DNA of 44,899 nt from Actinomycetota bacterium (GTDB lineage: Bacteria > Actinomycetota > Acidimicrobiia > Acidimicrobiales > Acidimicrobilacustridaceae). The position numbers were made by a program, and so were the translations under genes. This document shows, one piece after another, positions 8,549 through 18,525 of the stretch. Numbering within the stretch: position 1 is the stretch's first letter; each line of letters starts with the position of its first letter. The DNA lies in contig WLOT01000001.1 in the NCBI GenBank assembly GCA_009699125.1, positions 1-44,899 of the forward strand, in the 5' to 3' direction. Under the pieces are notes generated by a model. It searched no databases. It saw nothing but the letters and a program-made list of their open reading frames with translations, and had not been told where the DNA came from.

Positions 8549-9702
8549 GCGCGACCGTTTCTGGAACTCGTCCGACGTTGGGTCGATTGCTGCGCTCAGC
8601 CCGAGCGCCCCAAAGCCGCACCACCGACTTCAAAATCTTGTGGGCGATCATCATTTCGCTCAATCTCTTCGGCCTGCTGATGATCCTGTCAGCGTCGTCG
8701 GTAACGGCGCTCTATCAATACGGATCGTCGTGGTACCAGTTCCGACTCCAGGCCATCTGGTTCGTTCTCGGATGCGGAGTGATGCTCTTCACCAGCCGCT
8801 ATCCCTACGAGATGTGGTCGAAGTGGATGAAGTTGATCCTCTTTATCTCCGCCGGACTGATGGTTGCGGTGCTGATCCCTGGTCTTGGCGTTGCCGTCAA
8901 CGGTTCAGCCCGTTGGATCGGATGGGGTCCGCTGCGGATGCAGCCATCGGAGATGGCGAAGCTCGCTGTCATTCTTTATGCCGCCGACACCCTCACTCGT
9001 CGAGTGGGCCAAATTGGTGATTGGAAAGCAGTACTTCGTCCAATAGTGATCGTCTTTGGCGTATTTGCGGTATTGCTGATGAAGCAGCCAAACCTCGGAA
9101 CCACGATCATTCTTGCCACCATCGTCTTGGTGATGTTGTTCGTAGGCGGAGCGCCGGGCAAGCCGCTCGCCCTTCTTTCGGGAATGCTGGTTGCAGGCGC
9201 CACGTTGTTCGCGTTTACAGAGCCCTATCGATTCCGTCGCCTCATGGCATTTCGCGATCCGTGGGCTGACCCACTGAATACCGGTTTCCAAACGATTCAG
9301 AGTCAGGTTGGTTTTGCCAACGGGGGAGTCCTCGGTACCGGACTTGGTCAAGGCCGAGCGAAGTGGGGATTCCTTCCTGAAGCTCATACGGATTTCATTT
9401 ACGCAATCATCGGCGAGGAAATTGGTCTTGTCGGGTCTGTTCTCGTTATAGCGATGTTCCTTGGATTTGCTCTCTTTGGTGTTCGGACTGCGCTTCACGC
9501 TCGCGATCGTTTCGGGATGTTGCTGGCGACTGGCATCACCACGTGGATCATCATTCAGGCGTTCATCAATATCGGCGCTTGTGTCGGAGTCCTTCCCATC
9601 ACCGGTGTGCCGTTGCCGTTTGTGTCTGCTGGCGGTTCGTCACTCGTCTTCACAATGGCGGCATCTGGCATTCTCCTGAACATCGCCCGACAGGAACGCT
9701 GA
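8545..9702 (+). CDS. ftsW: SEDS peptidoglycan glycosyltransferase FtsW
   Basis: NGSARWI, QPSEMAK, QPNLGT, LPEAHTDFIYAIIGEE and PITGVPLPFVSAGGSS motifs; polytopic. ATGA overlap with murD. Confidence 0.96.
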   Translation: MSATVSGTRPTLGRLLRSARAPQSRTTDFKILWAIIISLNLFGLLMILSASSVTALYQYGSSWYQFRLQAIWFVLGCGVMLFTSRYPYEMWSKWMKLILFISAGLMVAVLIPGLGVAVNGSARWIGWGPLRMQPSEMAKLAVILYAADTLTRRVGQIGDWKAVLRPIVIVFGVFAVLLMKQPNLGTTIILATIVLVMLFVGGAPGKPLALLSGMLVAGATLFAFTEPYRFRRLMAFRDPWADPLNTGFQTIQSQVGFANGGVLGTGLGQGRAKWGFLPEAHTDFIYAIIGEEIGLVGSVLVIAMFLGFALFGVRTALHARDRFGMLLATGITTWIIIQAFINIGACVGVLPITGVPLPFVSAGGSSLVFTMAASGILLNIARQER

Positions 9703-10832
9703 TGGGGAATCGGCCCATCGCCGATTCCGCCACGTATGCCCTCGTGGCCGGTGGTGGAACTGCAGGGCATGTGCTTCCGGGCCTTGCTGTTGCGAGTGCA
9801 CTTGTTGATCGAGGGCACGAACGTTCGTCAATTCATTTTGTCGGTAGCGAGCGCGGACTCGAGCGAACGCTGGTGCCCGATGCGGGCTTCGGTGTCACGT
9901 TGCTTCCTGGCCGTGGCATCCAACGTCGCCTGACGCTCGAGAACATCGCTGCTGCTTGGGGGCTCTTGCGGGCAGTCGCAAAGGGCGTTGGCATTGTTCG
10001 CCGCCGGCGACCAAAGGTCGTTCTCGTACTCGGTGGTTACGCCAGCATTGCTTGCACAATCGGAGCAGTGATTTGGCGAGTTCCGATTGTTGTGATGGAG
10101 CAGAACGCTCGCGGGGGAGCAGCGAATCGACTCGCTGGTCGATTCGCAAAAGCGTGTGCCGTTCCGTTTGTTGAGACGGACTTGCCTCGAAGCGTTGTGA
10201 CGGGAAATCCCGTTCGGGCCGAAGTGCTGGCGATCAATCGGGAACGCGACCGCGTTGCGGCTCGCGCATCGCTTGGCGTGACTGGTGATCGCACGTTCAT
10301 CGCTGTCGTTACGGGTTCGCTCGGATCACGAAAAGTGAATGAAGCAGTGTTCGCTGCGGTGCCGAAATGGTCGACGCGGACCGATCTCTCCATCCGTCAT
10401 GTCATTGGCTCTCGTGACTGGGAATCGGTGCAGGACTCGCTTCCCGAGGGTGACGGTCTCGAGTACCTCGCTGTGCGCTACGAAGACCACATGGACACGG
10501 TTCTTGCTGCGGCTGATCTGCTGATCGGTCGCGCCGGTGGCACAACCGTCGCCGAACTCGCTGAGGTTGGCGTTGCCGGTGTGCTCGTGCCGTTGCCAAA
10601 TGCGCCCCGCGACCACCAAACAGCAAACGCAGCTGCGCTTGTTCGAGCAGGAGCAGCAGTGCTGATTCCCGATGCTGATCTCGATGGCGACCGACTTGTG
10701 GCTGAAGTGCAACCACTTCTGGACGATCCATCGAAACTCGAACGAATGGGAACGGCGGCGCACACATTGGCGCAGCCCGATGCAGCCGATGCGGTTGCTG
10801 AACTCGTGGAGCGTCATGCCCGTCGTTCCTGA
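9702..10832 (+). CDS. murG: undecaprenyl-PP-MurNAc-pentapeptide GlcNAc transferase MurG
   Basis: GGGTAGHV, GGYAS, EQN, TGNPVR, GSLGS, RAGGTTVAE and DHQTANA motifs. Confidence 0.96.
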   Translation: MGNRPIADSATYALVAGGGTAGHVLPGLAVASALVDRGHERSSIHFVGSERGLERTLVPDAGFGVTLLPGRGIQRRLTLENIAAAWGLLRAVAKGVGIVRRRRPKVVLVLGGYASIACTIGAVIWRVPIVVMEQNARGGAANRLAGRFAKACAVPFVETDLPRSVVTGNPVRAEVLAINRERDRVAARASLGVTGDRTFIAVVTGSLGSRKVNEAVFAAVPKWSTRTDLSIRHVIGSRDWESVQDSLPEGDGLEYLAVRYEDHMDTVLAAADLLIGRAGGTTVAELAEVGVAGVLVPLPNAPRDHQTANAAALVRAGAAVLIPDADLDGDRLVAEVQPLLDDPSKLERMGTAAHTLAQPDAADAVAELVERHARRS

Positions 10833-12225
10833 AAGCGATCCATCTCCGTCACTTGCGACACCGCGTTCGATTCATGTGGTTGGGGTCGGTGGTCCCGGAA
10901 TGTCGGCGATCGCATCGACGCTCGTAGGGATGGGGCATTCAGTGTCCGGAAGCGACGTCGCTGAATCCGCCGTGCTTGATCGTCTTCGCTCGGAGGGAGT
11001 TGTTGTGTTTGTCGGACATTCGCCCGACAACATCGCTTCAGAGACAGAGTTCATTGCAGTTTCAACGGCGATCCCCGAGGACAACCTCGAAGTCGTTGCC
11101 GCAAGGTCCCGCGCTATTCCGGTTGTCCGTCGGACGGCGTTGTTGCCTGCGATTGCGGCCGAGCGCCGCACGATCGCCGTCACGGGCACGCATGGAAAGA
11201 CGACTACGTCGTCGATGCTTGCATTGGTGCTTCTCGAAGCGGGTCTCGATCCTGCGTTCCTTATCGGTGGAGATATCAGCCAACTCGGGATCAACGCGAA
11301 ATGGTCGCAAGGGGAATGGTTCGTACTCGAGGCCGATGAAAGCGATGGTTCGGGTTTCACGGTTGACCACGAAGCGCTCATCGTCACAAATATCGAAGCT
11401 GATCATCTTGAACATCACGGATCATTCGAAAATCTCCGTTCTGCGTTCGAAACGTTCATTGCAGCAACACGCGGTCCGGTGGTGTTGTGTGCCGATGATC
11501 CAGAGACGGCAGCGATCGCTCGTGACTCCGATGCAATTACCTACGGACAATCAGAAGACGCCACTGTTCGCATTCTGAATCTGCAAGGTTCGCGAAGTGG
11601 AATCGATTTCGATGTCGTGCAGCGGGGAAAGATGGTTGGACACATCCACCTTCCCGTTCCCGGCATACACAATGCGCTCAACGCATGCGCGGTGGTCGCA
11701 TTGGCCCTCGAACTTGGGGTCCCGTTTGAGGCATGTTCGGCGGCGCTTGAGAAGTTCGGTGGTGTACGTCGTCGGTTCGAACCGCGGGGCGAGGAACGCG
11801 GCGTGGTGTTCGTCGACGACTACGCCCATTTGCCCACCGAGATTGAGGCCGCGATCTCGGCTGGTCGCGATGGGGATTGGGGCCGTGTCGTCGCCGTCTT
11901 TCAGCCCCATCGCTATAGCCGTACCCAATCGTTATGGCGCGAGTATGCCGACGCCTTTGTCGACGCGGACCTTCTTGTCCTTACCGGCATCTACGCGGCA
12001 GGAGAAGCGCCCCGCGACGGGATCTCTGGGCAACTCATCGTCGACGCAGTCACCAATGCGCATCCCGAACAGGTCGTTGTCTACATCGAACATCGTTCTG
12101 AGCTAGCCCAACGTCTTGCAAAGGAACTTCGTGAAGGCGATTTGTGCCTAACGCTCGGCGCTGGCGATATCACCAAACTTGCTGACGAAGTCATTCCGCT
12201 TCTTGTTGATGGGGGAGCGTCGTGA
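10816..12225 (+). CDS. murC: UDP-MurNAc:L-Ala ligase MurC
   Basis: HVVGVGGPGMS, GTHGKTTT, EADESDGS, TNIEADH, DDYAHLPTE and FQPHRYSRT motifs. Start chosen at ATG 10816. Confidence 0.95.
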   Translation: MPVVPESDPSPSLATPRSIHVVGVGGPGMSAIASTLVGMGHSVSGSDVAESAVLDRLRSEGVVVFVGHSPDNIASETEFIAVSTAIPEDNLEVVAARSRAIPVVRRTALLPAIAAERRTIAVTGTHGKTTTSSMLALVLLEAGLDPAFLIGGDISQLGINAKWSQGEWFVLEADESDGSGFTVDHEALIVTNIEADHLEHHGSFENLRSAFETFIAATRGPVVLCADDPETAAIARDSDAITYGQSEDATVRILNLQGSRSGIDFDVVQRGKMVGHIHLPVPGIHNALNACAVVALALELGVPFEACSAALEKFGGVRRRFEPRGEERGVVFVDDYAHLPTEIEAAISAGRDGDWGRVVAVFQPHRYSRTQSLWREYADAFVDADLLVLTGIYAAGEAPRDGISGQLIVDAVTNAHPEQVVVYIEHRSELAQRLAKELREGDLCLTLGAGDITKLADEVIPLLVDGGAS

Positions 12226-13178
12226 ATCGCAACGACATCGCAGCCGCGCTCGAGTCCACATTCGGCGATCGTGTTGAACGCGATGCTGCGCTTGGCGACC
12301 TCACGACCTACCGGGTTGGTGGACGCGCTTCGATTCGTGTTCGAGCGGAATCGGCGTCAGAGCTCGAAACGATCGGGAAACTCATCGCTGGGTCCGACAC
12401 GCCTTTCGCTGTGCTTGGACGTGGTTCGAATCTGCTTGTCGCCGATGAAGGTTTCGACGGCATTGTCGTCACGCTGGGTGAAGGACTTGCGTCGATTGCT
12501 ATCGCTGGCACGACGGTTCGCTCTGGCGGAGCTGCCCCACTTCCTGTCGTGGCCCGACGCACCGCTGCAGCAGGACTCACCGGATTTGAGTGGGCCGTTG
12601 GCGTTCCTGGTTCCATCGGTGGTGCAGTTCGCATGAATGCTGGCGGTCACGGTTCGGACATGGCGCAATCGCTTGTTCGGGTCAGCGTGGTGAATCTCGC
12701 GACTGGCGATCAAGCGCAACTGTCATTGGCTGAGCTTGAGTTGGGATTCCGTTCGTCGGCGCTTGGTCGTTCGCTTGTGGTGACCGAAGCGGAACTCGCT
12801 TTGGCTGTCGGTGATCGAGAACGTGCCGAGGCGGAGATTTCCGACATCGTTCGTTGGCGTCGAGAGAATCAGCCCGGCGGAGCGAACGCCGGCTCGGTGT
12901 TTGTGAACCCTCGTCCCGATTCCGCGGGCCGACTCGTTGACGAGGCCGGGGCAAAAGGGATGCGCTACGGATCGGCGGAAGTGTCGACCAAGCATGCGAA
13001 CTTCATCCAGGTCGACGATGGCGGTTCGGCAAACGATGTCGCTGCGCTCATGGCCGCGGTGCGTGCGCAGGTGCACGAGCACACGGGTGTCGATCTGCAC
13101 GCGGAAACACACGTTCTTGGTTTTGCTCCCGAAATCGCGGCGGCCGCCGGTGCTCGACGAGTCGAGGACCGCGACTGA
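12222..13178 (+). CDS. murB: UDP-N-acetylenolpyruvoylglucosamine reductase MurB
   Basis: TYRVGG, GSNLL, PGSIGGAVRMNAG, GSVFVNP and KHANF motifs. Confidence 0.96.
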   Translation: MNRNDIAAALESTFGDRVERDAALGDLTTYRVGGRASIRVRAESASELETIGKLIAGSDTPFAVLGRGSNLLVADEGFDGIVVTLGEGLASIAIAGTTVRSGGAAPLPVVARRTAAAGLTGFEWAVGVPGSIGGAVRMNAGGHGSDMAQSLVRVSVVNLATGDQAQLSLAELELGFRSSALGRSLVVTEAELALAVGDRERAEAEISDIVRWRRENQPGGANAGSVFVNPRPDSAGRLVDEAGAKGMRYGSAEVSTKHANFIQVDDGGSANDVAALMAAVRAQVHEHTGVDLHAETHVLGFAPEIAAAAGARRVEDRD

Positions 13179-13969
13179 TGGCCGGCCGACTTCGCGATCG
13201 ATCAGGATCCGATACCGAAATCGATCCGCGTATTGCCGCTCGCCGTGACGCGGTTGAAACCGAGAAGCGTCGTCGGCGCGGACGTTGGTGGCTCATCGCT
13301 GCGATCATCGCGGCGGTGGTCGTCGGGGCATGGTTCCTGACGCGCACACCGTTGCTCGACGTCGATCGCATCGAGGTTCGCGGCGCGGTTGCGACGACAG
13401 TCGATGACATCGTGGCCATTTCCGGACTCCGCACGGGCGAGGCGCTCCTCGAAGTCGACACGTCCGCCGCCGCTTCTCACGTCCGAGAGCTCCCGTATGT
13501 CAAGACCGCCTCGGTCGTTCGAAAGTGGGACGGGCTCGTCATCATCACCGTGACAGAACGAGTGCCAGTAGCGATCGCTGCTTCAGCTGATGGCGTGGCG
13601 ATGCTGATTGACGGCTCAGGTCGCGTGATCGGGCCGCACGTGGCTGGCGACGGTGTCGAGACGGTTCTCATCGGGGTCGAAGCGGGGGCCCCAGGAACGG
13701 TCGTTGAGGGTGTGTCTGGTGCCCTCGAGGTGGCCACGCTGCTCACGCCGGGGATGCGAGCCCGCGTCGCTGGGATCGCGACTGCCCCAGACGGTTCTCT
13801 CAATTTGGCGTTGAGCCCCCAAGGCATCGTGATTATGGGACCGCCCACAGACCTCCCCGCCAAGGTCGACTCCCTGCGGATTGTGATGGGTCAGGTCGAC
13901 CAACGGGACCTCGCCACCATCAATGTGGTGAATCCCTCAACCCCTGTGGTTGTGAGAACCCCGAAATAG
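13178..13969 (+). CDS. ftsQ: cell division protein FtsQ/DivIB
   Basis: Basic N-terminus, one TM helix, POTRA-like segment (IEVRG...LPYVKTASV...VTER); directly upstream of ftsZ. Confidence 0.88.
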   Translation: MAGRLRDRSGSDTEIDPRIAARRDAVETEKRRRRGRWWLIAAIIAAVVVGAWFLTRTPLLDVDRIEVRGAVATTVDDIVAISGLRTGEALLEVDTSAAASHVRELPYVKTASVVRKWDGLVIITVTERVPVAIAASADGVAMLIDGSGRVIGPHVAGDGVETVLIGVEAGAPGTVVEGVSGALEVATLLTPGMRARVAGIATAPDGSLNLALSPQGIVIMGPPTDLPAKVDSLRIVMGQVDQRDLATINVVNPSTPVVVRTPK

Positions 13970-14050
13970 CCCTATGGGGCGAGTAACCTCGCTCTAGTTC
14001 TTCCACGTCTTTCCGAAGTCCATCCTGCATTTCTCTCGAAGGAGCTCCCC

Positions 14051-15121
14051 ATGGCCGCCAGTCCGCAGAACTACCTCGCGGTGATCAAGGTCGTCGGCGT
14101 CGGTGGTGGTGGCGTTAACGCCGTCAATCGCATGATCGACGCTGGCCTCAAGGGGGTCGAGTTCATTGCGGTGAACACCGATGCTCAGGCCCTCCTTATG
14201 AGCGACGCCGACGTCAAGCTCGACATCGGTCGCGATCTCACCAAGGGTCTCGGCGCCGGTTCCGATCCCGACATCGGCCGCGCCGCTGCTGAAGCGCACA
14301 TCGATGAAATCGAAGAGTCACTCAAGGGCGCCGACATGGTGTTCATCACTGCAGGCAAGGGTGGCGGCACCGGCACTGGTGCAGCTCCCGTTATTGCTCA
14401 GGTCGCCAAGAGCCTCGGCGCACTCACCATTGGTGTGGTCACCCGCCCGTTCGGTTTCGAAGGCAAGCGTCGTTCGACCCAGGCCGATACGGGTATCAAG
14501 ACCTTGAAGGAAAAGGTCGACACGCTCATCGTCATCCCGAACGATCGTTTGCTTACGGTCTCGAATGACAAGACTTCCGTTCTCAACGCCTTCAAGATGG
14601 CCGACGAGGTCCTTCTCCAGGGCGTTCAGGGCATCACCGACCTCATCACGACGCCGGGCCTCATCAACACCGACTTCGCCGACGTCAAGATGATCATGAG
14701 CGACGCCGGTTCGGCGCTTATGGGCATCGGTTATGGCTCGGGCGAAGGTCGTGCGGTGGCTGCGGCCAAGGCGGCGATTTCCTCGCCGTTGCTCGAAGCC
14801 TCCATCGAAGGCGCACGCGGCATCCTTCTCACCATTGCCGGTGGAAGCGACCTCGGCTTGTTCGAAGTCAACGAAGCAGCCGAGATCATTCATGGTGTTG
14901 CGCACGCCGATGCCAACATCATCTTCGGCACGGTTATCGACGACGAAATGGGCGACGAAGTTCGTGTCACCGTCATCGCCGCTGGTTTCGACCGCTGGGA
15001 CGGCGAAGTGCGTCCGGGTCGTTCTGCCCGTGACGATCGCCCGATCGCCCGCGACGTGTTCTCCACTGACGGCGACCTCGATGATGACGGCGACTTCGAC
15101 GTTCCGTCATTCCTTCAGTAG
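14051..15121 (+). CDS. ftsZ: cell division GTPase FtsZ
   Basis: [24 protein letters not shown] tubulin signature, [12 protein letters not shown]-terminal DVPSFL peptide. RBS AAGGAG. Confidence 0.99.
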   Translation: MAASPQNYLAVIKVVGVGGGGVNAVNRMIDAGLKGVEFIAVNTDAQALLMSDADVKLDIGRDLTKGLGAGSDPDIGRAAAEAHIDEIEESLKGADMVFITAGKGGGTGTGAAPVIAQVAKSLGALTIGVVTRPFGFEGKRRSTQADTGIKTLKEKVDTLIVIPNDRLLTVSNDKTSVLNAFKMADEVLLQGVQGITDLITTPGLINTDFADVKMIMSDAGSALMGIGYGSGEGRAVAAAKAAISSPLLEASIEGARGILLTIAGGSDLGLFEVNEAAEIIHGVAHADANIIFGTVIDDEMGDEVRVTVIAAGFDRWDGEVRPGRSARDDRPIARDVFSTDGDLDDDGDFDVPSFLQ

Positions 15122-15136
15122 TTACGTCTCCGCCCG

Positions 15137-15826
15137 GTGCGGTTCTTTGATCGAGCGCTCGTCAACGGGCGCTCGATCCGCGTCCGGAGCACAGAACGAT
15201 CCGACGGCGACTTTTCCGTTGGGCACGTCGGTCCCGAACTCGACGCTCGTCGCCGCGCTGTTGTCGATCGACCGTGGGTGTGGCTCTCACAGGAGCACGG
15301 CACGTCGTGTGTCGATGTCGATGACGTTGGTCTCGACGGTGCACGCGGCGCAGCAGCCGATGCCTCGGTGACGACTCGAACCGATCTCGCACTTTCGATT
15401 CAGACGGCCGATTGCATTCCACTAGCGCTGTGGTCTGACGACGGAGTTATTGCCGCCGTGCACGCAGGGTGGCGCGGACTTGAGGCTGGCGTGATTGAAG
15501 TGGCAATCCGTTCGATGCAGGCCCAAACCTCAGCTCCGCTTTCTGCGTTCATTGGCCCATCAATCGGGCCAGAGTGCTACGAGTTCGGTGTCACCGATCT
15601 CGATCGGCTTGAAGCAACGTTTGGTCCCGGAATTCGCGCAACGACCAATGATGGCCATCTCGCACTCGATGTCCGCGCCGGTGTTCGTTCCGAACTCCTT
15701 CGGCTCGACGTTGCAACCGAGGTCGACGACGATGCATGCACGGCATGTGCGGGAAACTTCTTTTCGCATCGGGAGCGAGCAGATACTGCTCGTCAAGCCA
15801 CCGTGATCTGGATCGAGGAAGCATGA
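15137..15826 (+). CDS. pgeF: YfiH/PgeF-family (laccase-like, purine nucleoside phosphorylase) protein
   Basis: QEHG, TADCIP, VHAGWRG, IGPSIG and CTAC...FSHR motifs; usual position after ftsZ. Confidence 0.9.
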   Translation: MRFFDRALVNGRSIRVRSTERSDGDFSVGHVGPELDARRRAVVDRPWVWLSQEHGTSCVDVDDVGLDGARGAAADASVTTRTDLALSIQTADCIPLALWSDDGVIAAVHAGWRGLEAGVIEVAIRSMQAQTSAPLSAFIGPSIGPECYEFGVTDLDRLEATFGPGIRATTNDGHLALDVRAGVRSELLRLDVATEVDDDACTACAGNFFSHRERADTARQATVIWIEEA

Positions 15827-16500
15827 GCACTCCAGTGAACCCGCAACTCGTGTCGGAAAATATTCACGACCTTCAGGATCGACTCGCGCGCTTATCTCCT
15901 GATCGAGACGTACGAATCGTTGCAGTCACAAAAGGATTTGGTGTTGACGCGCCTCGGGCAGCGCTTGCGGCTGGGATCACCATGATCGGCGAGAACTACG
16001 CGCAAGAACTTGTTGCGAAGCACGAAGAGCTGTCATCTGAAGAACGTGAGCGCATCGAGTGGCACTTTCTCGGACGATTACAGCGCAACAAAGTTCGAAG
16101 CTTGGTCTCGATCGTTTCGGTCTGGCAGAGCGTTGATCGTGTCGAGTTGATTGACGAAATCGCTCGGCGTGCTCCGGGGGCAAAGGTCATGATCCAGCTC
16201 AACCTGAGCGAGGAGCCCCAGAAGGGGGGAGCCCCACTTTCTGAAGGTGCTGCGCTTGTGGCCCATGCCCGCGACCTCGGTCTTGATGTTGTCGGCCTTA
16301 TGGGAGTGGGCACTGCGGGAGATGCGGCCGACTCGTCTGTGGCGTTTGGGACGCTGGTCGCTCTCGCCGAGGAATTGGGCCTGCCTGAGCGTTCGATTGG
16401 CATGTCCGACGACCTCGAAGTGGCGGTCGGGCAAGGTTCAACCATGGTGAGGGTTGGTACGGGGCTCTTTGGGGCGCGGGCCCCTCGAACTGGGGTTTGA
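15823..16500 (+). CDS. yggS: pyridoxal phosphate homeostasis protein, YggS family
   Basis: VAVTK, GENYAQE, WHFLGRLQRNK and GMSDD...GSTMVRVGT motifs. ATGA overlap with pgeF. Confidence 0.95.
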   Translation: MSTPVNPQLVSENIHDLQDRLARLSPDRDVRIVAVTKGFGVDAPRAALAAGITMIGENYAQELVAKHEELSSEERERIEWHFLGRLQRNKVRSLVSIVSVWQSVDRVELIDEIARRAPGAKVMIQLNLSEEPQKGGAPLSEGAALVAHARDLGLDVVGLMGVGTAGDAADSSVAFGTLVALAEELGLPERSIGMSDDLEVAVGQGSTMVRVGTGLFGARAPRTGV

Positions 16501-16604
16501 CGGGCCAAGATCGGCGGTCCCCGATAGCGAATGTCGTCAATCGGCGCGGACCAACTAACCTGCCGTGTCGGACCGGGGGGGAGTTCCCCCGCACGGAGGG
16601 TCAG

Positions 16605-17198
16605 ATGTCTTCGATGTGGCGCAACGCCATGGTGTACCTCGGGCTTGGGCCCGACGATGAATACGACGATTACGCGGCGTCACCCGATGATCGCCCGTTA
16701 CCGCCACCGCCTGCACAGGTAGCGCGTCAGCAACCTGCGCGCCCGACCGGCACGGTGCGCGCACGCCCGCCAGTTTCGAGCGGGCCAGTGTTGTCCACGC
16801 CACCAGAAACCGGAGAGGTTTCGGCTGTTCGTCCTGTCGCCGCACCGAGCTCGTCTGCAACATCTGCTGGATTTGGGGACGCTTCAAAGCCACGTGTACG
16901 TGCGGTGCCTCGCCGTCAGTCGGTTCGCCCTCTCGTTGTGGCACCGACGCGGTTCAACCAGGCCCAAGACGTCGCCGACAACTTCAAAGCGGGCAAGGCC
17001 GTTGCAATGGACCTTGCTGACGCCGATGGCGATTTAGCTCGCCGACTCATCGATTTCTCCAGTGGACTTTGCTACGGAATCGGCGGCTCGATGCAGCGCC
17101 TTGGGCGTTCCTCGGTGTACCTCATTCTTCCGGTCGGAGTCGATGTGCCCGAGGAAGAGCGAGCTCTTCTGCTCGACTCTGCCGGCGAAGAATTCTGA
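16605..17198 (+). CDS. sepF: cell division protein SepF
   Basis: N-terminal amphipathic MWRNAMVYLGL and C-terminal ARRLIDFSSGL. ATG 16605 follows GGAGGG. Confidence 0.92.
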   Translation: MSSMWRNAMVYLGLGPDDEYDDYAASPDDRPLPPPPAQVARQQPARPTGTVRARPPVSSGPVLSTPPETGEVSAVRPVAAPSSSATSAGFGDASKPRVRAVPRRQSVRPLVVAPTRFNQAQDVADNFKAGKAVAMDLADADGDLARRLIDFSSGLCYGIGGSMQRLGRSSVYLILPVGVDVPEEERALLLDSAGEEF

Positions 17199-17207
17199 TC
17201 CACCGCC

Positions 17208-17465
17208 GTGTGGGTTCTGATTCATTACATCGCACAGATCTATCTGCTGTGCCTCCTCGGTCGCATTGTGCTGAGTTGGTTTCCTCCGTCAGGCCCCGGC
17301 CCGGTGGAAACACTCAGGCAGGTTCTCTTTCGGATCACCGAGCCGGTGTTGGGGCCAATCCGTGCCCTGTTGCCGCCGGTTCGTCTGGGCGGAATGGGCC
17401 TGGATCTGTCTCCGATGATCGTGTTCATTGGCCTCGAAATTCTTCTGGCATGGTTGCCGGGCTGA
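17208..17465 (+). CDS. yggT: YggT/YlmG family small membrane protein
   Basis: RIVLSWF, ITEPVLGPIR and LDLSPMI motifs; between sepF and divIVA. Confidence 0.92.
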   Translation: MWVLIHYIAQIYLLCLLGRIVLSWFPPSGPGPVETLRQVLFRITEPVLGPIRALLPPVRLGGMGLDLSPMIVFIGLEILLAWLPG

Positions 17466-17520
17466 GCCCACTTCACAGTCGTTGACACCCTGGCGCCATT
17501 CGGCCGATACCATCGCCGCC

Positions 17521-18429
17521 ATGGAAACCACTCCCGGAACTCCCCACCTTCTTACTGACGTTCGATTCTCTGTCAGCCGCAAGGGATACGACCCCGATGA
17601 GGTCGACAACTTCCTTGAGCGCGTCAGTGCTGCAGTTGCGCAACTTCAGGACAAGCTTCGTCAGGCGACTGCGTCCGCCGAAGCGGCCGAGACACGCGCC
17701 GCCGATGCTGTTCGTAACGAAAGCCGTCTGCAGGCTCGAATCTCCGAACTTGAATCTGGCGCTGGTGTTGCGCCGGCAGCAGTTGTTGCTCCGATTCGTT
17801 CGGTCGATCCAACAATCGACGCGGAACAAGCATCGTCAGTTCTTGTGATGGCACAGCGGACCGCCGATGCAACCATCAACGAGGCGCGCACAAATGCCGC
17901 GCAGATGCTTTCCGAGTCTGAGGTCGAGGCCAGTCGTATTCTTTCGGCTGCGAAAACGCAGGCCGATGAAGCACTTCGCGATCTCGATGCAACCCGCCGT
18001 GAACTCGCGGCCGATAATGCAGCTCTCGATGCGTTCCTTTCCGAACAGCGTGCGGTCATCTCCGGTGGACTTTCTCGAATTCAGGCGGTGCTCGATGATC
18101 CCGCTGCACTTCGGGTCGGCACTCCGCCAGTCGAACTCACCACGCCCGCAGCGTCCCCTGCACCGGCCCCTGCTGCCTTCTCAGCGCCAGAACCGGCTCC
18201 AGCGCCCGAACCTGAACCAGAGGTCTTCCAGCCAATCCTGGCTGAGGACACCGGCTGGAACCCCGAACCGGCCCCGACGTCACTCTTCGTTGACGAAGAG
18301 GTTGACGGTGGCCCGGCAACTGCTGCGGTTCCGGTTTTCGACGACGAGTTCCTCGCCGAAGACGATGACGATGCCGATGCGGCAATGCGTCGCTTCTTCG
18401 ACGCAGATTTCGACGACGACCGTCGCTGA
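17521..18429 (+). CDS. divIVA: DivIVA/Wag31 domain polar growth protein
   Basis: F...KGYDPDEVDNFL DivIVA domain, two coiled coils, Pro-rich linker and acidic tail. Confidence 0.9.
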   Translation: METTPGTPHLLTDVRFSVSRKGYDPDEVDNFLERVSAAVAQLQDKLRQATASAEAAETRAADAVRNESRLQARISELESGAGVAPAAVVAPIRSVDPTIDAEQASSVLVMAQRTADATINEARTNAAQMLSESEVEASRILSAAKTQADEALRDLDATRRELAADNAALDAFLSEQRAVISGGLSRIQAVLDDPAALRVGTPPVELTTPAASPAPAPAAFSAPEPAPAPEPEPEVFQPILAEDTGWNPEPAPTSLFVDEEVDGGPATAAVPVFDDEFLAEDDDDADAAMRRFFDADFDDDRR

Positions 18430-18456
18430 ACTCGCTCGATAAATTCGAACAACGTT

Positions 18457-18497
18457 CGGGACTCTTCATCTTCGGATGAGGGGTCCCGTTTCGTTTT
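18457..18497 (+). terminator. intrinsic terminator after divIVA
   Basis: Stem CGGGACTCTTCATC / GATGAGGGGTCCCG with a cUUCGg tetraloop, followed by TTTCGTTTT; lies between convergent divIVA and ileS. Confidence 0.85.
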
Positions 18498-18525
18498 CCG
18501 AGAAGCGGGTTCGCTGTGTGTGACG

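Noticed and set aside
13936-13956. CAACC-N5-GGTTG inverted repeat near the ftsQ 3' end as an ftsZ regulator site
   Set aside because: Only 5-bp arms, inside coding sequence, and a poor match to the longer inverted repeat I recall upstream of ftsZ in other Actinobacteria.
17482-17487. Perfect TTGACA upstream of divIVA as the -35
   Set aside because: It lies 20 bp from the TACCAT -10, too long for a standard promoter, and I saw no MerR-type dyad in the spacer.
18444-18458. TCGAAC-AAC-GTTCGG as a LexA/SOS box
   Set aside because: Spacer is 3 nt rather than 4, and it lies between two convergent gene ends rather than in a promoter.
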